Counted from the stretch's first letter, positions 37,444 to 48,517 are shown. The stretch: 64,000 bases of DNA from an uncultured virus (IMG/VR IMGVR_UViG_3300036802_000312) (IMGVR_UViG_3300036802_000312); one strand, 5' to 3'. The notes: generated from the sequence alone by a model not told the origin. Numbers and translations are program-made.

Positions 37444-37553
37444 AATAAAAAACCTCCAATGCTAATCTATATACTTATATTTTAGCTTAAATACAAGATT
37501 AATGGAGTTTGGAAATGTTTTAGACTGTTCGAGTGTCATCATATTCAATCACT

Positions 37554-38717
37554 TCATTTTATCATTACAATTTGATTGGGTATCGAAAGCGAAACTTGAA
37601 TAATCGTGCCTTTATTTTCCGCTGATTTAATTACTAATTTCCCACCGACTAACGAAAGTCTTTCTTTCATTCCAATCAATCCAAATTTCTGTCCATCATG
37701 AAGCGTGTTTTCTTCATATATAAATCCTTTGCCATTATCTACAATTTCTAAATTAATTTCATTATGTAGTATCTCAATTTTCACTTTAATTTCTGTAGCT
37801 TCGGCATGTTTTTTGATATTGGTCAAAGATTCCTGTACCGTCCGATACAAGGCAATTTCCAGGCTACTCTCTATTCTTTTTTTGTAGGTATCACATATAA
37901 CAAGCGCAATATTTAAACCTGTCTTCTCTTTATATATTTCAATATATTGTTCTACCGCAGGAAGAAATCCTAAATCATCAAGTGCCATGGGTCTTAGATT
38001 ATGGATGATGGAGCGTATTTCAGTAATACTGCTTCGTACAATTTCTTTGAATTCTTTAACCTCTGTTTTAAAGTTGTCCATATTTTTTAGTGCTATTCTT
38101 TCGAGTAACTCTGATCGAATAGCAATGTTAGCCATAGCTTGGGCTGGACCATCATGGATCTCTCTTGATATTCGAAGCCTTTCTTCTTCTTGTGCCTCAA
38201 TAATTTTCTTTCCTAATTGCATCTTATATTCAGCGCTTTTAAATAATTCTCCCACTGACTTCAAATCACCATTTAGAAAGCTATTCACTGTACCAATTTG
38301 TGATGCGGCAGACTCCGCCTTCTTAATCGTTGTTTCAAAATTAATAAGGCGACGAGCAAGTTCATTTCTACGTTCTTGCAATTCATGTTCTCGTTCTTTT
38401 GCAGTAGTCAGCGAATTTTGTAAATCATTTGCATAAGAATATGCCTCTTGTATTCTTGAATCTGTCTTTTCAAACTTCTTACTTGCTTCAATCAATTTCA
38501 ACCTTGCAATCTTAAAATTGATCTCCATCTCGTCTACTTCTTTTATAGCAATAAGAATTCGGCTTTGAATGATTTTTTCATCTTCATATGCCTTTTTATA
38601 CTCATCTATTGCACCGTGCATAATCGATGATATTTCATCTTCCCCTTTTTTCAACGCATTCATTGTTTGTTCTATTGACTTATTTAGCGTATCAAGAGAA
38701 TATCTTTGTTCATTCAT
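37554..38717 (-). CDS. degS: DegS-like soluble sensor histidine kinase (orphan)
   Basis: N-terminal coiled coil; EEERLRISREIHDGPAQ; LRPMALDDLG; DNGKGF; FGLIGMKER. Confidence 0.85.
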   Translation of the reverse strand: MNEQRYSLDTLNKSIEQTMNALKKGEDEISSIMHGAIDEYKKAYEDEKIIQSRILIAIKEVDEMEINFKIARLKLIEASKKFEKTDSRIQEAYSYANDLQNSLTTAKEREHELQERRNELARRLINFETTIKKAESAASQIGTVNSFLNGDLKSVGELFKSAEYKMQLGKKIIEAQEEERLRISREIHDGPAQAMANIAIRSELLERIALKNMDNFKTEVKEFKEIVRSSITEIRSIIHNLRPMALDDLGFLPAVEQYIEIYKEKTGLNIALVICDTYKKRIESSLEIALYRTVQESLTNIKKHAEATEIKVKIEILHNEINLEIVDNGKGFIYEENTLHDGQKFGLIGMKERLSLVGGKLVIKSAENKGTIIQVSLSIPNQIVMIK

Positions 38718-38929
38718 ATAATTCCCCTCTTTGCTGCTTTATTCGAGTATTAGATGTCCCTTGCGTTTATACCGTTTACTTTAAAACAATATCAATAATA
38801 AGTATACTATAAACAACATGATTATTGTACATTTGTATTAAGAAACATTAAAGATTTAATATTTATGGTTCATTGTAGAAAAAAAGCCAGATACCTATTT
38901 TTAGGTTTTCTGACTTTAGTAAATGAGGA

Positions 38930-39664
38930 TTACTTTTCTACTTCACTATTGCTAATTATTTTTGAATATTGATTCTCTGCTAAAGTTAAAATTGCCTTGA
39001 TTTCATCAGCAATTTTGGAGATCTCTACATAATTGGCATTGAGGTATTTTTCCGTTATGACAAAGGTAATCGTAAAATCAATGTTATAAATCGTTCGCGC
39101 CTCATTGAAATACAGATCTTCAATGTTAAGAAGCAAATAATCACTCAATTCTATTGAATCTTGGATGACTTCGATAATATCCTTTTTGAAAGCATTCAGT
39201 TTTAATGTAGAAAACTGTTTCATAAATCCATTGTCAAGTAATTCAAGTGCATCTTTCTCTGTCAATCTGAATTCACGTTGTAATTTCCCTAAATTTATAC
39301 CGAATCTTCGAATGACCACTATTCCACCATTTTCAGATGATGCTTTAGTAGAAAAATACTTTTGACCTTTAGATTCTAACGCCCCTGAAAGTTTTGCTTG
39401 AAAATCGGTGAATACCTTATTTAAAATAGTTTGATTCACATAAGTCTCCATGGTGATTAAAATTCTTTCCATTGCTATTGGAGTTACCAGTTCACTTGTT
39501 AAAGCTTCATATATTTCCTTACCATAATCCGACTCTTTTAACGACTGAAGTAGTCCATTATAAATTAACGGATTATTTTGATTATCATTTAATACTTTTT
39601 TCAAATCCAAAATTTGAGTTCCTTTTTCGTTCAATAATTCCTTACTTTTTGTAATTGATGTCAT
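38930..39664 (-). CDS. hypothetical protein
   Basis: ORF with SD GGAGG. Confidence 0.75.
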   Translation of the reverse strand: MTSITKSKELLNEKGTQILDLKKVLNDNQNNPLIYNGLLQSLKESDYGKEIYEALTSELVTPIAMERILITMETYVNQTILNKVFTDFQAKLSGALESKGQKYFSTKASSENGGIVVIRRFGINLGKLQREFRLTEKDALELLDNGFMKQFSTLKLNAFKKDIIEVIQDSIELSDYLLLNIEDLYFNEARTIYNIDFTITFVITEKYLNANYVEISKIADEIKAILTLAENQYSKIISNSEVEK

Positions 39665-39829
39665 TTGACATTCCTCCAATAAATTTGTTTTGATAAAACC
39701 TCTATTTTCCCAAATAAGTATGTCCTATTCTATTCTTAAACAAGGTAATTTATAAAGAAATGTTGAAAAGAGCCATCAGGTAATACCTGATAGCTGTCAT
39801 CATTTTACTCATTAGATTTAGTTAGCCCA

Positions 39830-40660
39830 CTATTCCCTTGATTTCGGATCATCACAACCGAGTTCTTTTCTTTGAATAGCATTGTAGATACTTGTCACGC
39901 TCTTACCTTTTCTCCAATCAGTATTCATTAGTTTAGTAAAATGTTCTGAAATGCCAGAGTCACTTAATTGGAAATTGGAATGTTGATATACTTTCATTTT
40001 TTCAAACTCATTAGGAAACATATCTAAAATTGCTTGCTTTTGCTTAGGTTTATTCAATTCATCCCAACTTGTTCCTTTAAATAGATTAATCATTTCGGTT
40101 TGTAAATAGGGTAACAATACTACTTTTCCTCGCTCGTTTGCTAATATTTTAAGAATCTCTTGTTGAGCATAATTTGGATTAGAAAAGAGTTTTGATCGAT
40201 ATATATCCATCAGTTCAATCGAATGTTTAAAATGTATGCACCCTTTCTTGCTCAATACAAAGTGACCGTCAGCCCCTAAACCAGCAACAACTACTTTTTC
40301 TTTTATTAACTTAAGTGCATGATTCAGTACCCAAGTACATTCGATTTCAGTTTTTTTTGTTAATCCTTTCTCTTGAATTAAATACAAGAGATCGTGTTTT
40401 AAAATATCAATGTCCACAGGTAAATATATAGGGAAAAAGGGCAACCCATATAATTTCGCAGTCTCTCTCGCTCCTTTAAAATCTGAGCTTTCTCGATCCT
40501 CTAATGTAAATGAGTAAATTACTATATTTTTACCCTGTTCAATCAATTCAAATAATAGTGCATGAGAATCAATCCCCTTCGATAACAACAGAGCAACAGG
40601 TTCATCCTTAACGTCTTTTAAAGTATTTGAAATTATGTTTTTCATAATTGTTGAAATCAT
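39830..40660 (-). CDS. asparagine-synthase-like adenine nucleotide alpha hydrolase (no glutaminase domain)
   Basis: LLSKGIDS PP-loop, GLGADGHF, LPYL. Confidence 0.75.
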   Translation of the reverse strand: MISTIMKNIISNTLKDVKDEPVALLLSKGIDSHALLFELIEQGKNIVIYSFTLEDRESSDFKGARETAKLYGLPFFPIYLPVDIDILKHDLLYLIQEKGLTKKTEIECTWVLNHALKLIKEKVVVAGLGADGHFVLSKKGCIHFKHSIELMDIYRSKLFSNPNYAQQEILKILANERGKVVLLPYLQTEMINLFKGTSWDELNKPKQKQAILDMFPNEFEKMKVYQHSNFQLSDSGISEHFTKLMNTDWRKGKSVTSIYNAIQRKELGCDDPKSRE

Positions 40661-41300
40661 TCATCATTCCCCCCCATAAAATATATTTTCATTTTGATTC
40701 TTAATTCTCCTTATGATGATATAGGTTTTTTCGTGAGTCATTGGTTCTTATTATTAAATTAAAAACTCCTCATCAGAACGCTTGTATTCGTTTCTAAGGG
40801 TGAAATTAAAAACGTCCATAGTTGTGCAAAGAAATCAACAAAACTCCTCTCTGCATTTTATGGAGACCTCTAAATAGATGTTGTGGTCTTCATTCTAATT
40901 AATAAAGAGAATCTACTACCTAACTATCCAATCCTTTGTATTATATTCAGCTTCTTATCATAGATTCTTGTTTTGATCAAGGATACGAGTTTATAACGAG
41001 TCGAAAAGATTATTTTTTAAAAAGAAGCAAGTATATTACTACCGAAAATGGTCTATGTTTAGCTTTTTGAACTATTACTACGGTATGATCTCCTGGGATA
41101 CGGACACATAGCGGTCGATACAAAAAAAAGGCAGCATATAAAGATGTCTTTTTTGCTGTCGTTTGTGTTGAAAATCGCTCAATTCTTTTATATTGCTAAA
41201 ACATGATTGCAGAGTTAGGTATACTGGATATGTATAGCGTCAATAATGAAATTAGGTTAGGTTCGTCTAACCTAACTTCGTTATTATGAGGAGAGATAGT

Positions 41301-41942
41301 ATGCGTTACGTTCGACATTTTAATATTGACTGGTATAGAGATCTTATTACTGATTTTGAACGTTGTTATCAGGAATTATGGTACAAATTAGAAGGATACA
41401 ACAACTTTAATAATCGAACAAACAGATTTAAATCCACTCCCATTCAAGGGAAAAATGGAATTACACACCCATTTCCATTTGCTGAAAAAGTCTATGAGGT
41501 TTATGAATGGTTAATCGGGGAAAGTAAGCACCCCCCCAAACATATTGATGATACGTTAGATTTTATCTTACAACTTGCCTATTTCAATCCTTTCATCGAT
41601 TTCACAGAACTGGCTCATGAAATCGAATGGGAACGTTGGAATGGAATGCATACTGGTTCGTTCTATTCAGCCGCAGTTATTGCTCTGAAGCTCAATAATG
41701 GGAAAGACATTAATGCCACAGAGATGTCACTAATGCTTCATATCAGTCAAGTAGCTGTTGTAAAACAAATACAAAACAATAAGTTTCCTGCTAAAAAAAT
41801 AGGGAGCGCATGGAAGATAGACGCAAGAGTTGCAGCGCAATGGATAGCAGAATATAATACTGAAAATCCTATATATATATCGACTATATCGGTGGATAAT
41901 GAACGGTCAAAAAGCGAAGGTTTGGGGACAGGTATCTCTTAA
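41301..41942 (+). CDS. protein with a C-terminal excisionase-like HTH
   Basis: ATEMSLMLHISQ..IQNNKFPAKKIGSAWKI. Confidence 0.7.
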   Translation: MRYVRHFNIDWYRDLITDFERCYQELWYKLEGYNNFNNRTNRFKSTPIQGKNGITHPFPFAEKVYEVYEWLIGESKHPPKHIDDTLDFILQLAYFNPFIDFTELAHEIEWERWNGMHTGSFYSAAVIALKLNNGKDINATEMSLMLHISQVAVVKQIQNNKFPAKKIGSAWKIDARVAAQWIAEYNTENPIYISTISVDNERSKSEGLGTGIS

Positions 41943-41945
41943 AAG

Positions 41946-41982
41946 AAATGGGTGGTAGATCTTTTGATCTCCACCCATTTTT
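41946..41982. terminator. bidirectional terminator
   Basis: AAATGGGTGG.AGATC-tttt-GATCTCCACCCATTT. Confidence 0.75.
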
Positions 41983-41999
41983 ATTGTTTTATTTTAGCC

Positions 42000-42413
42000 T
42001 TATAAAAATGCACGTGCCTTTTCAATGATTTTCACAAAATTTGTATAACCTTCTTTTTCAAAGTTTTCACGTAGGAAACTTGAATTATGAGTTAAATCGT
42101 TAAAGACAGAAATAAATTCAAGAATTCTTTCCAATTCTTCAATCTTAATGATAGTATACCCGTCATTTTCCCTGGCTTCCCATCTTTTCATCGTTAAAAA
42201 AGCACTCATATGAATAAAATTATTTAACTCATGCTCTCTACTTAGTAAAGTTTCTGAATTATCAATATTGTGAATGCCTTTACTTTTAAGTCCCGCTGCT
42301 ACTAACTCATTAATTGCTTTGGAACCATTTTTGACATTGTTCTCCTTCATATACTTATCCAAACCAAGTTTAAGTTCAGGCGAAATCCGAACAGTAGTTG
42401 GTTTATCACTCAT
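42000..42413 (-). CDS. ribbon-helix-helix DNA-binding protein
   Basis: TTVRISPEL..LD.Y....SKAINELV. Confidence 0.6.
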   Translation of the reverse strand: MSDKPTTVRISPELKLGLDKYMKENNVKNGSKAINELVAAGLKSKGIHNIDNSETLLSREHELNNFIHMSAFLTMKRWEARENDGYTIIKIEELERILEFISVFNDLTHNSSFLRENFEKEGYTNFVKIIEKARAFL

Positions 42414-42567
42414 AGAGTTCACTCTCCTTACCCTTTATAACACCACTTTACATTACGAATCTAAACCAGTCAACTACATTTGTATTCATATTGTATTCTA
42501 TATTGATTCAGAAGATAAAAAACAGCTATTCAAAGCTGTCTTAGATAAGTATATTGTTCTTAATATA

Positions 42568-42801
42568 TTATGATTTTTGCTTCCATTTATTTTCTAAAGC
42601 GTTGGGCCAGACGACATCTATTACTTTTCCATTATCACACACACTACAAGCATGAATTTCTGGATAACCATCGGATTCCACAACTTTCACTGTTGAAAGA
42701 CCTTTACATGACCAACAAGGTACATATCTAACATACATTCCGCTTCTTGCTTTTCGATAACCCTTTAATCTGTATATAGCTCTAATTCGCTTTGTCTCCA
42801 T
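42568..42801 (-). CDS. small zinc-finger protein
   Basis: CWSCKG..CSVCDNG; SD GGAGG. Confidence 0.65.
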   Translation of the reverse strand: METKRIRAIYRLKGYRKARSGMYVRYVPCWSCKGLSTVKVVESDGYPEIHACSVCDNGKVIDVVWPNALENKWKQKS

Positions 42802-42847
42802 AGTTGCTCCTCCATTTTCAAGCCATTTCTCAACCTTTTTATTTACA

Positions 42848-42875
42848 AGTTAACATAATTATAATTATGTTACTC
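42848..42875. other. dif-like site 2 (11-6-11)
   Basis: AGTTAACATAA-TTATAA-TTATGTTACTC. Confidence 0.5.
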
Positions 42876-43004
42876 ATGAACCGGTATTGTATTTTTACTG
42901 ACGAAATCAACCTGATAATCATAATAAAGTTGTTCCTAACATCAATCAGTGTTTTCACAAGAAAACAAAAGGGTAGATAAATAGATCTACCCTTTCATAT
43001 TAAC

Positions 43005-44321
43005 TTATCGAGTTTTTTTGAATTCGATAATATACTTGATTTTCACTTGATTTTCATTAAAAACGATATATTCATCATGTATCAATCCACCAGGACTCTT
43101 TACACCACGAACAGAGTTATACGGATGTGGAGCGGAAGATAAATGCGGCTGAGCGGATGTGTAATCCTTGATCTTACCCGTTGCAACTTCACATACAAAC
43201 AGGTAATTCTCATCAGATGCTACCCCGCCATTAAATCCCCAACAGTAGTTCGCAGATTTCGTAGACTGTGAGGCAAAGTAAATTCCTCCTCCAAACATTG
43301 ATCCCGTATGCACCGCAGATGCTGGCTTGATTTTCAAACCGTTTTGCATAATGCTTAGAATGTTTTCATTACGGGAACCATGAAATAACTCCAATGAATC
43401 CACTTTGTAAGGATTAAATCGTTCATGGTTTACCATATCTTGAACTTCAAATATTTCTTTGATTTCAAAACCAAAATGATGATTATATCCTTTCGTGCTT
43501 TGAACAAAATCAGACAATCTTTTGTACTCTTTAGAACGTCCAGACAAAGCTTCGAGTTTAATATTGAGTGATTTATACTTCTCTTCCAGGTTTTGTTCCA
43601 ATGTATTTTGTGCTTGTACAACGGAACTCATGACACCAAGAAGATCTTTTCGATCATTGAGTTTTATATAGTCATTGATAATAAACTTACTGTAATCCAC
43701 TCTACTTCCAAATGTAACAGGAATATAAGAATAGAACTCATTAGAAAGTCTTTCAACTTCAGCTCCAAATGTTGTTCCACGATCTAACATATTCTCAATC
43801 TGATTTAGGATTTCAAGACCTTTGGCGACTTGCGTTGAAGATAGTTTTCCGAGTGGTGTATCAATGGACTTCACCAAATAACTTGTAGCATTTTGATAAA
43901 GCTTTCCAATTAATCGAAGTACTTTATCTTTCACTTCCGCAAGGTTTTCTTTCTTCGTCGTTCCTTTAATATTTACTTGTGTTGGAGTAGAAGATGATGC
44001 ATCATCTACGTCAACATCCTTGTACTTTCGTTTTTTATCGCTATACAAGGCATTGTAATCACTATCCATCTCGCACTGATTTTTGTAGTGCCGTCCTTCT
44101 TTTGTAGGATTCGGCTTACCCATTCTTCCATATTCAGTATAGATACGATAAGGAAAATCACCAGTACCCTCTTGTTTTTCCATAATAAAATACTTATTAG
44201 AATTTGCTGAAAGATCCGCACAATTTAACACTTTTCGTTCCCAAGACTTCAGCTCTGTGAATTTTGGGCTACTTGTGTTATTCAATCGGATTGCTTTTGC
44301 TTTTGTTGCCATTTTAAACAT
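43005..44321 (-). CDS. poly(ADP-ribose) polymerase: WGR + helical regulatory + catalytic domains
   Basis: NSNKYF..YGRMG; PLGKLS..LSNEFYSYIP; LFHGS, GSMFGGGIYFA, KSANY, DEYIVF. Confidence 0.9.
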   Translation of the reverse strand: MFKMATKAKAIRLNNTSSPKFTELKSWERKVLNCADLSANSNKYFIMEKQEGTGDFPYRIYTEYGRMGKPNPTKEGRHYKNQCEMDSDYNALYSDKKRKYKDVDVDDASSSTPTQVNIKGTTKKENLAEVKDKVLRLIGKLYQNATSYLVKSIDTPLGKLSSTQVAKGLEILNQIENMLDRGTTFGAEVERLSNEFYSYIPVTFGSRVDYSKFIINDYIKLNDRKDLLGVMSSVVQAQNTLEQNLEEKYKSLNIKLEALSGRSKEYKRLSDFVQSTKGYNHHFGFEIKEIFEVQDMVNHERFNPYKVDSLELFHGSRNENILSIMQNGLKIKPASAVHTGSMFGGGIYFASQSTKSANYCWGFNGGVASDENYLFVCEVATGKIKDYTSAQPHLSSAPHPYNSVRGVKSPGGLIHDEYIVFNENQVKIKYIIEFKKTR

Positions 44322-45406
44322 CTCTCCTTTAGAATAAAAGTTTTCTAATAAGGTTGTTTACAGAAACACCCTGTTTAAATAGAAATCTATATGTTATATG
44401 CAAAAAGGAGCGCAAATAAAAAAGACTTAAGCTCTGAGTCTGATTTAATATTTAAAATGCTATTAATATTCATTTTGAATGATCTGATACACATCTTAAA
44501 AACAAAAAAAGGACTTCCATTTGATTAAGAAGTCCTCTTTGAAGCATTATTTCACTAAACTCTATAGACGTTATTGATCTTAATAATGACAATAAAATAA
44601 CTTTTTGTTTGTAAATAAAAAAATCACTCATAAGAGTGACCTTCTTTAAGAATTTATAGATTTAAGTTTTCACAGAATACTGTATTCATTAAACAATCTA
44701 TTTATGCGTATAAGATTGTTATTCTTAGATAAAAATTCGGTTTAACAATTCGATTTCAATGATGACTTTGGACAGCCATTAAACCATACTTCTTTTGTAT
44801 CAAAATCCACTTTGATGATAGAAAGAACCATTATATTTTCGTCATCGATATAAACGGAATCTCCAACTTCAATAACATCAGTACTATAGTCTTTTTCAAA
44901 TTTATAAATACCCATTTTAATCGATCCTCTCTAAAGTAAGCTTTAAAAAGCTCCTGTTTTTATATTTTTTCTGTATTATATGATACTGATAGTCTTTTCA
45001 TAAGAATACGCAAAAACACTAATATTTAATTAATTCATCCAAATTCCATTCCTACTCCATTAAATCTCCAATCCACTTTCAGATTATTTACTCCAAAATG
45101 ATCAATGACAGATTCAGCCGTGCTTTTCCAGTCAGAATGTTTACTCGAAATATGAATTTTCCCAGTCCTTTTTAATTTTTCTACATAGATATCAAAGTCC
45201 ATTTATTCAGACCTTCTTTCCTGTATAATTTAATGCAATATTGGAGCCAACTTAATCTTTTGAAAATCTTGAAGGATCAGATGCAATTCTTTATAAAATG
45301 AAATAAAGATTTCATTTTCACCTCGAAAATCTACTGCATCACTTTGTGATGGTTCATTTCCATCTCGACAAATATCAGTGGCATCATGGACATAAAAATC
45401 TTTTTA

Positions 45407-45823
45407 CTAATAAGAAGTGTAAATAGCAAGATACTCTGTTTTCCAATCTATTTCAGATTGAAAAGTTTTCAAGTTGCTTAGAATCTTTCTCCATCGTGCT
45501 AAGAACTCTTCATGTGTTTCATTACTGTACTTGTAACCATACTCAGGTTTATTTGTCTCAAATGAATCATTCATTATCTGTTCAATAATTCGAATAATTT
45601 GATTGAGCTGAACTTGATTAATACCAATTTGAACTTCAGACTGTAAAACATCATCATCATGGATGATGGGTATACTTAATTGTTCTTCTTCTGTAATAAT
45701 TCTACCCTTCTCCTCAAACAATTGGAGCAATCTTTCGTCTGCCCACCAGTATGCATGATCCAGGTAATAATCAACCCAAAAAACCCCTTTCTTGCATTTA
45801 TGACCCGTTACATTCATCCCCAT
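45407..45823 (-). CDS. hypothetical protein
   Basis: ORF with SD. Confidence 0.7.
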   Translation of the reverse strand: MGMNVTGHKCKKGVFWVDYYLDHAYWWADERLLQLFEEKGRIITEEEQLSIPIIHDDDVLQSEVQIGINQVQLNQIIRIIEQIMNDSFETNKPEYGYKYSNETHEEFLARWRKILSNLKTFQSEIDWKTEYLAIYTSY

Positions 45824-45887
45824 TAAAAGACCACCTTTCATTAAGAAGATACTGGAGAGAGTTAAACCCGCTCCAGCTTACTATTTC

Positions 45888-48434
45888 CTATGCACCGAAT
45901 TGAAGTTCTAATTGAATACAACACGCTTCTTCTAATGGAATTGTAGACTCTTTAAAGAACAATCCTATGGCTTTCTCAACCTGCTCAAGAGGTATACCCC
46001 TTTCTTTTAGTGTTTGTATAAAATGTATTGCCTTTTCATTGATCTTCACAAATCGACTAACTACTTTAGGTACATCGGGAAGATCATAATCGTATCGGAG
46101 TAAGAACAGTGTAAACTCCTCAGAAGTCATTCCCTTTACAAGATATGCAAGATGGAACTTCGTCCAGAAATCTCTTCCTTTAAGTCCCTCATGATATCGA
46201 AGTTTGTGAGCTTTTTGCAAATTGCTATCCGCAATCTCTGCGTATTCCTTCACACTCTTCGGTAATACATGTGGCATGTACGCTCTATTTAACAAGAACA
46301 GCTTCGCTTCGTGTCGCTTCATACCTTCAATCAGCATTTGCCCAATGTATTCCCATGTTTCATCATTTAAATAAGTTTCAATCAGTGACTGATTTCTTCC
46401 GTAGTATCGCATCACCCTTGCTGTCATAAGTTCCATATCTGATACATGAGCGTAACTTTTCAGTTCGGCTGGTATGATCTCAGGATCCTCACCATTTTGA
46501 AGCATTTTCCGCTTCGCCATGACTGGAGATAATTTCCCATACTCTTTCATGTAAAAATCATCCCAATTTACTTCTCTTAAAGTTTGTAATTCTCTTGATT
46601 GTTCCATATACCAATCAACAAATGCCGTTGCTTCTTCGTGTGTTTTAATCTTTTGATCACACACAATAAAAACAACTGTATTCCAGTAAACAACATGATC
46701 CTTTGTATCCATCTTACTCCAATCGAAACGCTTTTCAACATTCCATGCGGGTAGCCAATAATAGGGGAGGTGAACACCTGTTCGTATTGAGGATTGTTCT
46801 AATTGAGCCATAATCGTTGCTTCATCATATCCCCAATCTGTCATAACATAGAACACTTCATGATGATCCGATTTCGTTGAGTCGAGATTAATAGTTTTTG
46901 GCGTTGGCATTGTCAAAAGCGCTAACTCTTCTACTTTGGTCATCTTTCTACGCTTACGAGGTTGAGGTGTGAGCTTCTTGTTTTCTATTGGAGGTATAAT
47001 CATTCCATACCCAAGTTCTACGTCTACAATCTTTTGATAAAGTGTTAGATTTGGAATGGTTGTATCCTCTACGTTTACTGTATAATCAGGGTTTAAAACC
47101 AAACTACCAGGATATTGAGGAAACGCTGGCTTCAAATCGTCTTCATTTTCTAACCATCCGCACTCTTCAGCCCAAACCTTTTTAATATAAGCAAGCTCTT
47201 CGTCAGAAACAAGCTTTACACCGGAAATATCTTGCGTATATAAAAATGCTTTAAGAAGGAATATTCGAGCTTGTAACGTGTATCCAGCTAACGAAAGATT
47301 TGGATAAACAGGCTTCGAATCATGGCACAATCCTTCACTCATATTTTTAAATTCTTCACGTTCAAAATTGAATTCATCTTCAAATTTTTTCCGGTTTGCT
47401 TTTTTCCCCTTTGCTTCTTTCCACTCTTTCTCTTTTTGATCATAATCTTGGATGAAAGGATTGACCCAATCCAATTTCTTTTTTCTCCACGCGTTGATCG
47501 GTCTACGAAAACGAACATCAAAAAGCGAATCACGAATGAGTCTTCTCAAACGATTCATGTGTATAGCCCAATCTTCACCTTTATCAATGAAGCTCTTTAG
47601 CATTTTATCATCTTGTGATGTCGTCATCATACAAATCATACAACCATTCCGAGAAGATCCTCCGCATGGTTTGCTGGTTTGCTTGTCAACCTGAATAGGA
47701 CACTCACCCACTCCTTCATACATTTTGCGGATCGTAGTAGCCTTTGTACGCCACGGTAGAATGCGAGCATGTGTTATCGTTCTCCATACCTCTTCATCCG
47801 TTAAATCAACGATAGGGTGGCTCATATACTTCTCATAAAATCCTTCGAATGTTTCTTTTGCACCGACTTTGGGGAAAATGAATTCCCCCATGATTGAATG
47901 TTTTTTAATGCTGTTTGCCCGTTTCAATGATTCATTCGAACGAACGCCGAGCATCAATATGATTGCACCATGTTTCTCGATTAACTTCGTTTGAAGCTCT
48001 TCCATCGGTTTTAGCTTAAGTAAGTCTGTACACCAACGATTCAAACCTGACTTTGGTGTTGGAAGCGGGTTCCCATGAGCGATCATTTTCATAATGGCTG
48101 TCATTTTAGGCTTAACCAGGAATGCTTCGATAGGTAGTTCACTTTCTTTAGCAACTTCATTCATATTTTTGTTACTAAATTCCATCAACTCTCTCATCTG
48201 AGGATGCTCTAAAAGTGTATCCGTTGTAGCAAAATACACCTTTCGACTTCTCTGATCTACAGGAATTCGCTCAACAGCTTTCCAAACACAGTAAGATAAC
48301 GTTGATGAATCTTTACCGTTACTATTCGCTACAAACCAAGGGAATTGATGATTAACATCTAAATAAGCTTCCACCAATTGTTCAATAATCGGCTCAATAA
48401 AATCGAGTTCTTGTTTCTCTAAAATGGCTACCAT
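45888..48434 (-). CDS. DndC-like PAPS-reductase-family protein with a long C-terminal extension
   Basis: SNGKDSS, DTLLE, RWCTDLLKLKP, LGVRSNES.KR, HPI.D....VW, SRNGCMIC. Confidence 0.8.
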   Translation of the reverse strand: MVAILEKQELDFIEPIIEQLVEAYLDVNHQFPWFVANSNGKDSSTLSYCVWKAVERIPVDQRSRKVYFATTDTLLEHPQMRELMEFSNKNMNEVAKESELPIEAFLVKPKMTAIMKMIAHGNPLPTPKSGLNRWCTDLLKLKPMEELQTKLIEKHGAIILMLGVRSNESLKRANSIKKHSIMGEFIFPKVGAKETFEGFYEKYMSHPIVDLTDEEVWRTITHARILPWRTKATTIRKMYEGVGECPIQVDKQTSKPCGGSSRNGCMICMMTTSQDDKMLKSFIDKGEDWAIHMNRLRRLIRDSLFDVRFRRPINAWRKKKLDWVNPFIQDYDQKEKEWKEAKGKKANRKKFEDEFNFEREEFKNMSEGLCHDSKPVYPNLSLAGYTLQARIFLLKAFLYTQDISGVKLVSDEELAYIKKVWAEECGWLENEDDLKPAFPQYPGSLVLNPDYTVNVEDTTIPNLTLYQKIVDVELGYGMIIPPIENKKLTPQPRKRRKMTKVEELALLTMPTPKTINLDSTKSDHHEVFYVMTDWGYDEATIMAQLEQSSIRTGVHLPYYWLPAWNVEKRFDWSKMDTKDHVVYWNTVVFIVCDQKIKTHEEATAFVDWYMEQSRELQTLREVNWDDFYMKEYGKLSPVMAKRKMLQNGEDPEIIPAELKSYAHVSDMELMTARVMRYYGRNQSLIETYLNDETWEYIGQMLIEGMKRHEAKLFLLNRAYMPHVLPKSVKEYAEIADSNLQKAHKLRYHEGLKGRDFWTKFHLAYLVKGMTSEEFTLFLLRYDYDLPDVPKVVSRFVKINEKAIHFIQTLKERGIPLEQVEKAIGLFFKESTIPLEEACCIQLELQFGA

Positions 48435-48517
48435 ATAAGATCTCTCCCTTTTACAAAATATTCGAAAATAAATTCCCAAGAATTAATCCGATTAACGCCC
48501 CAAATTATAAAGGATAA

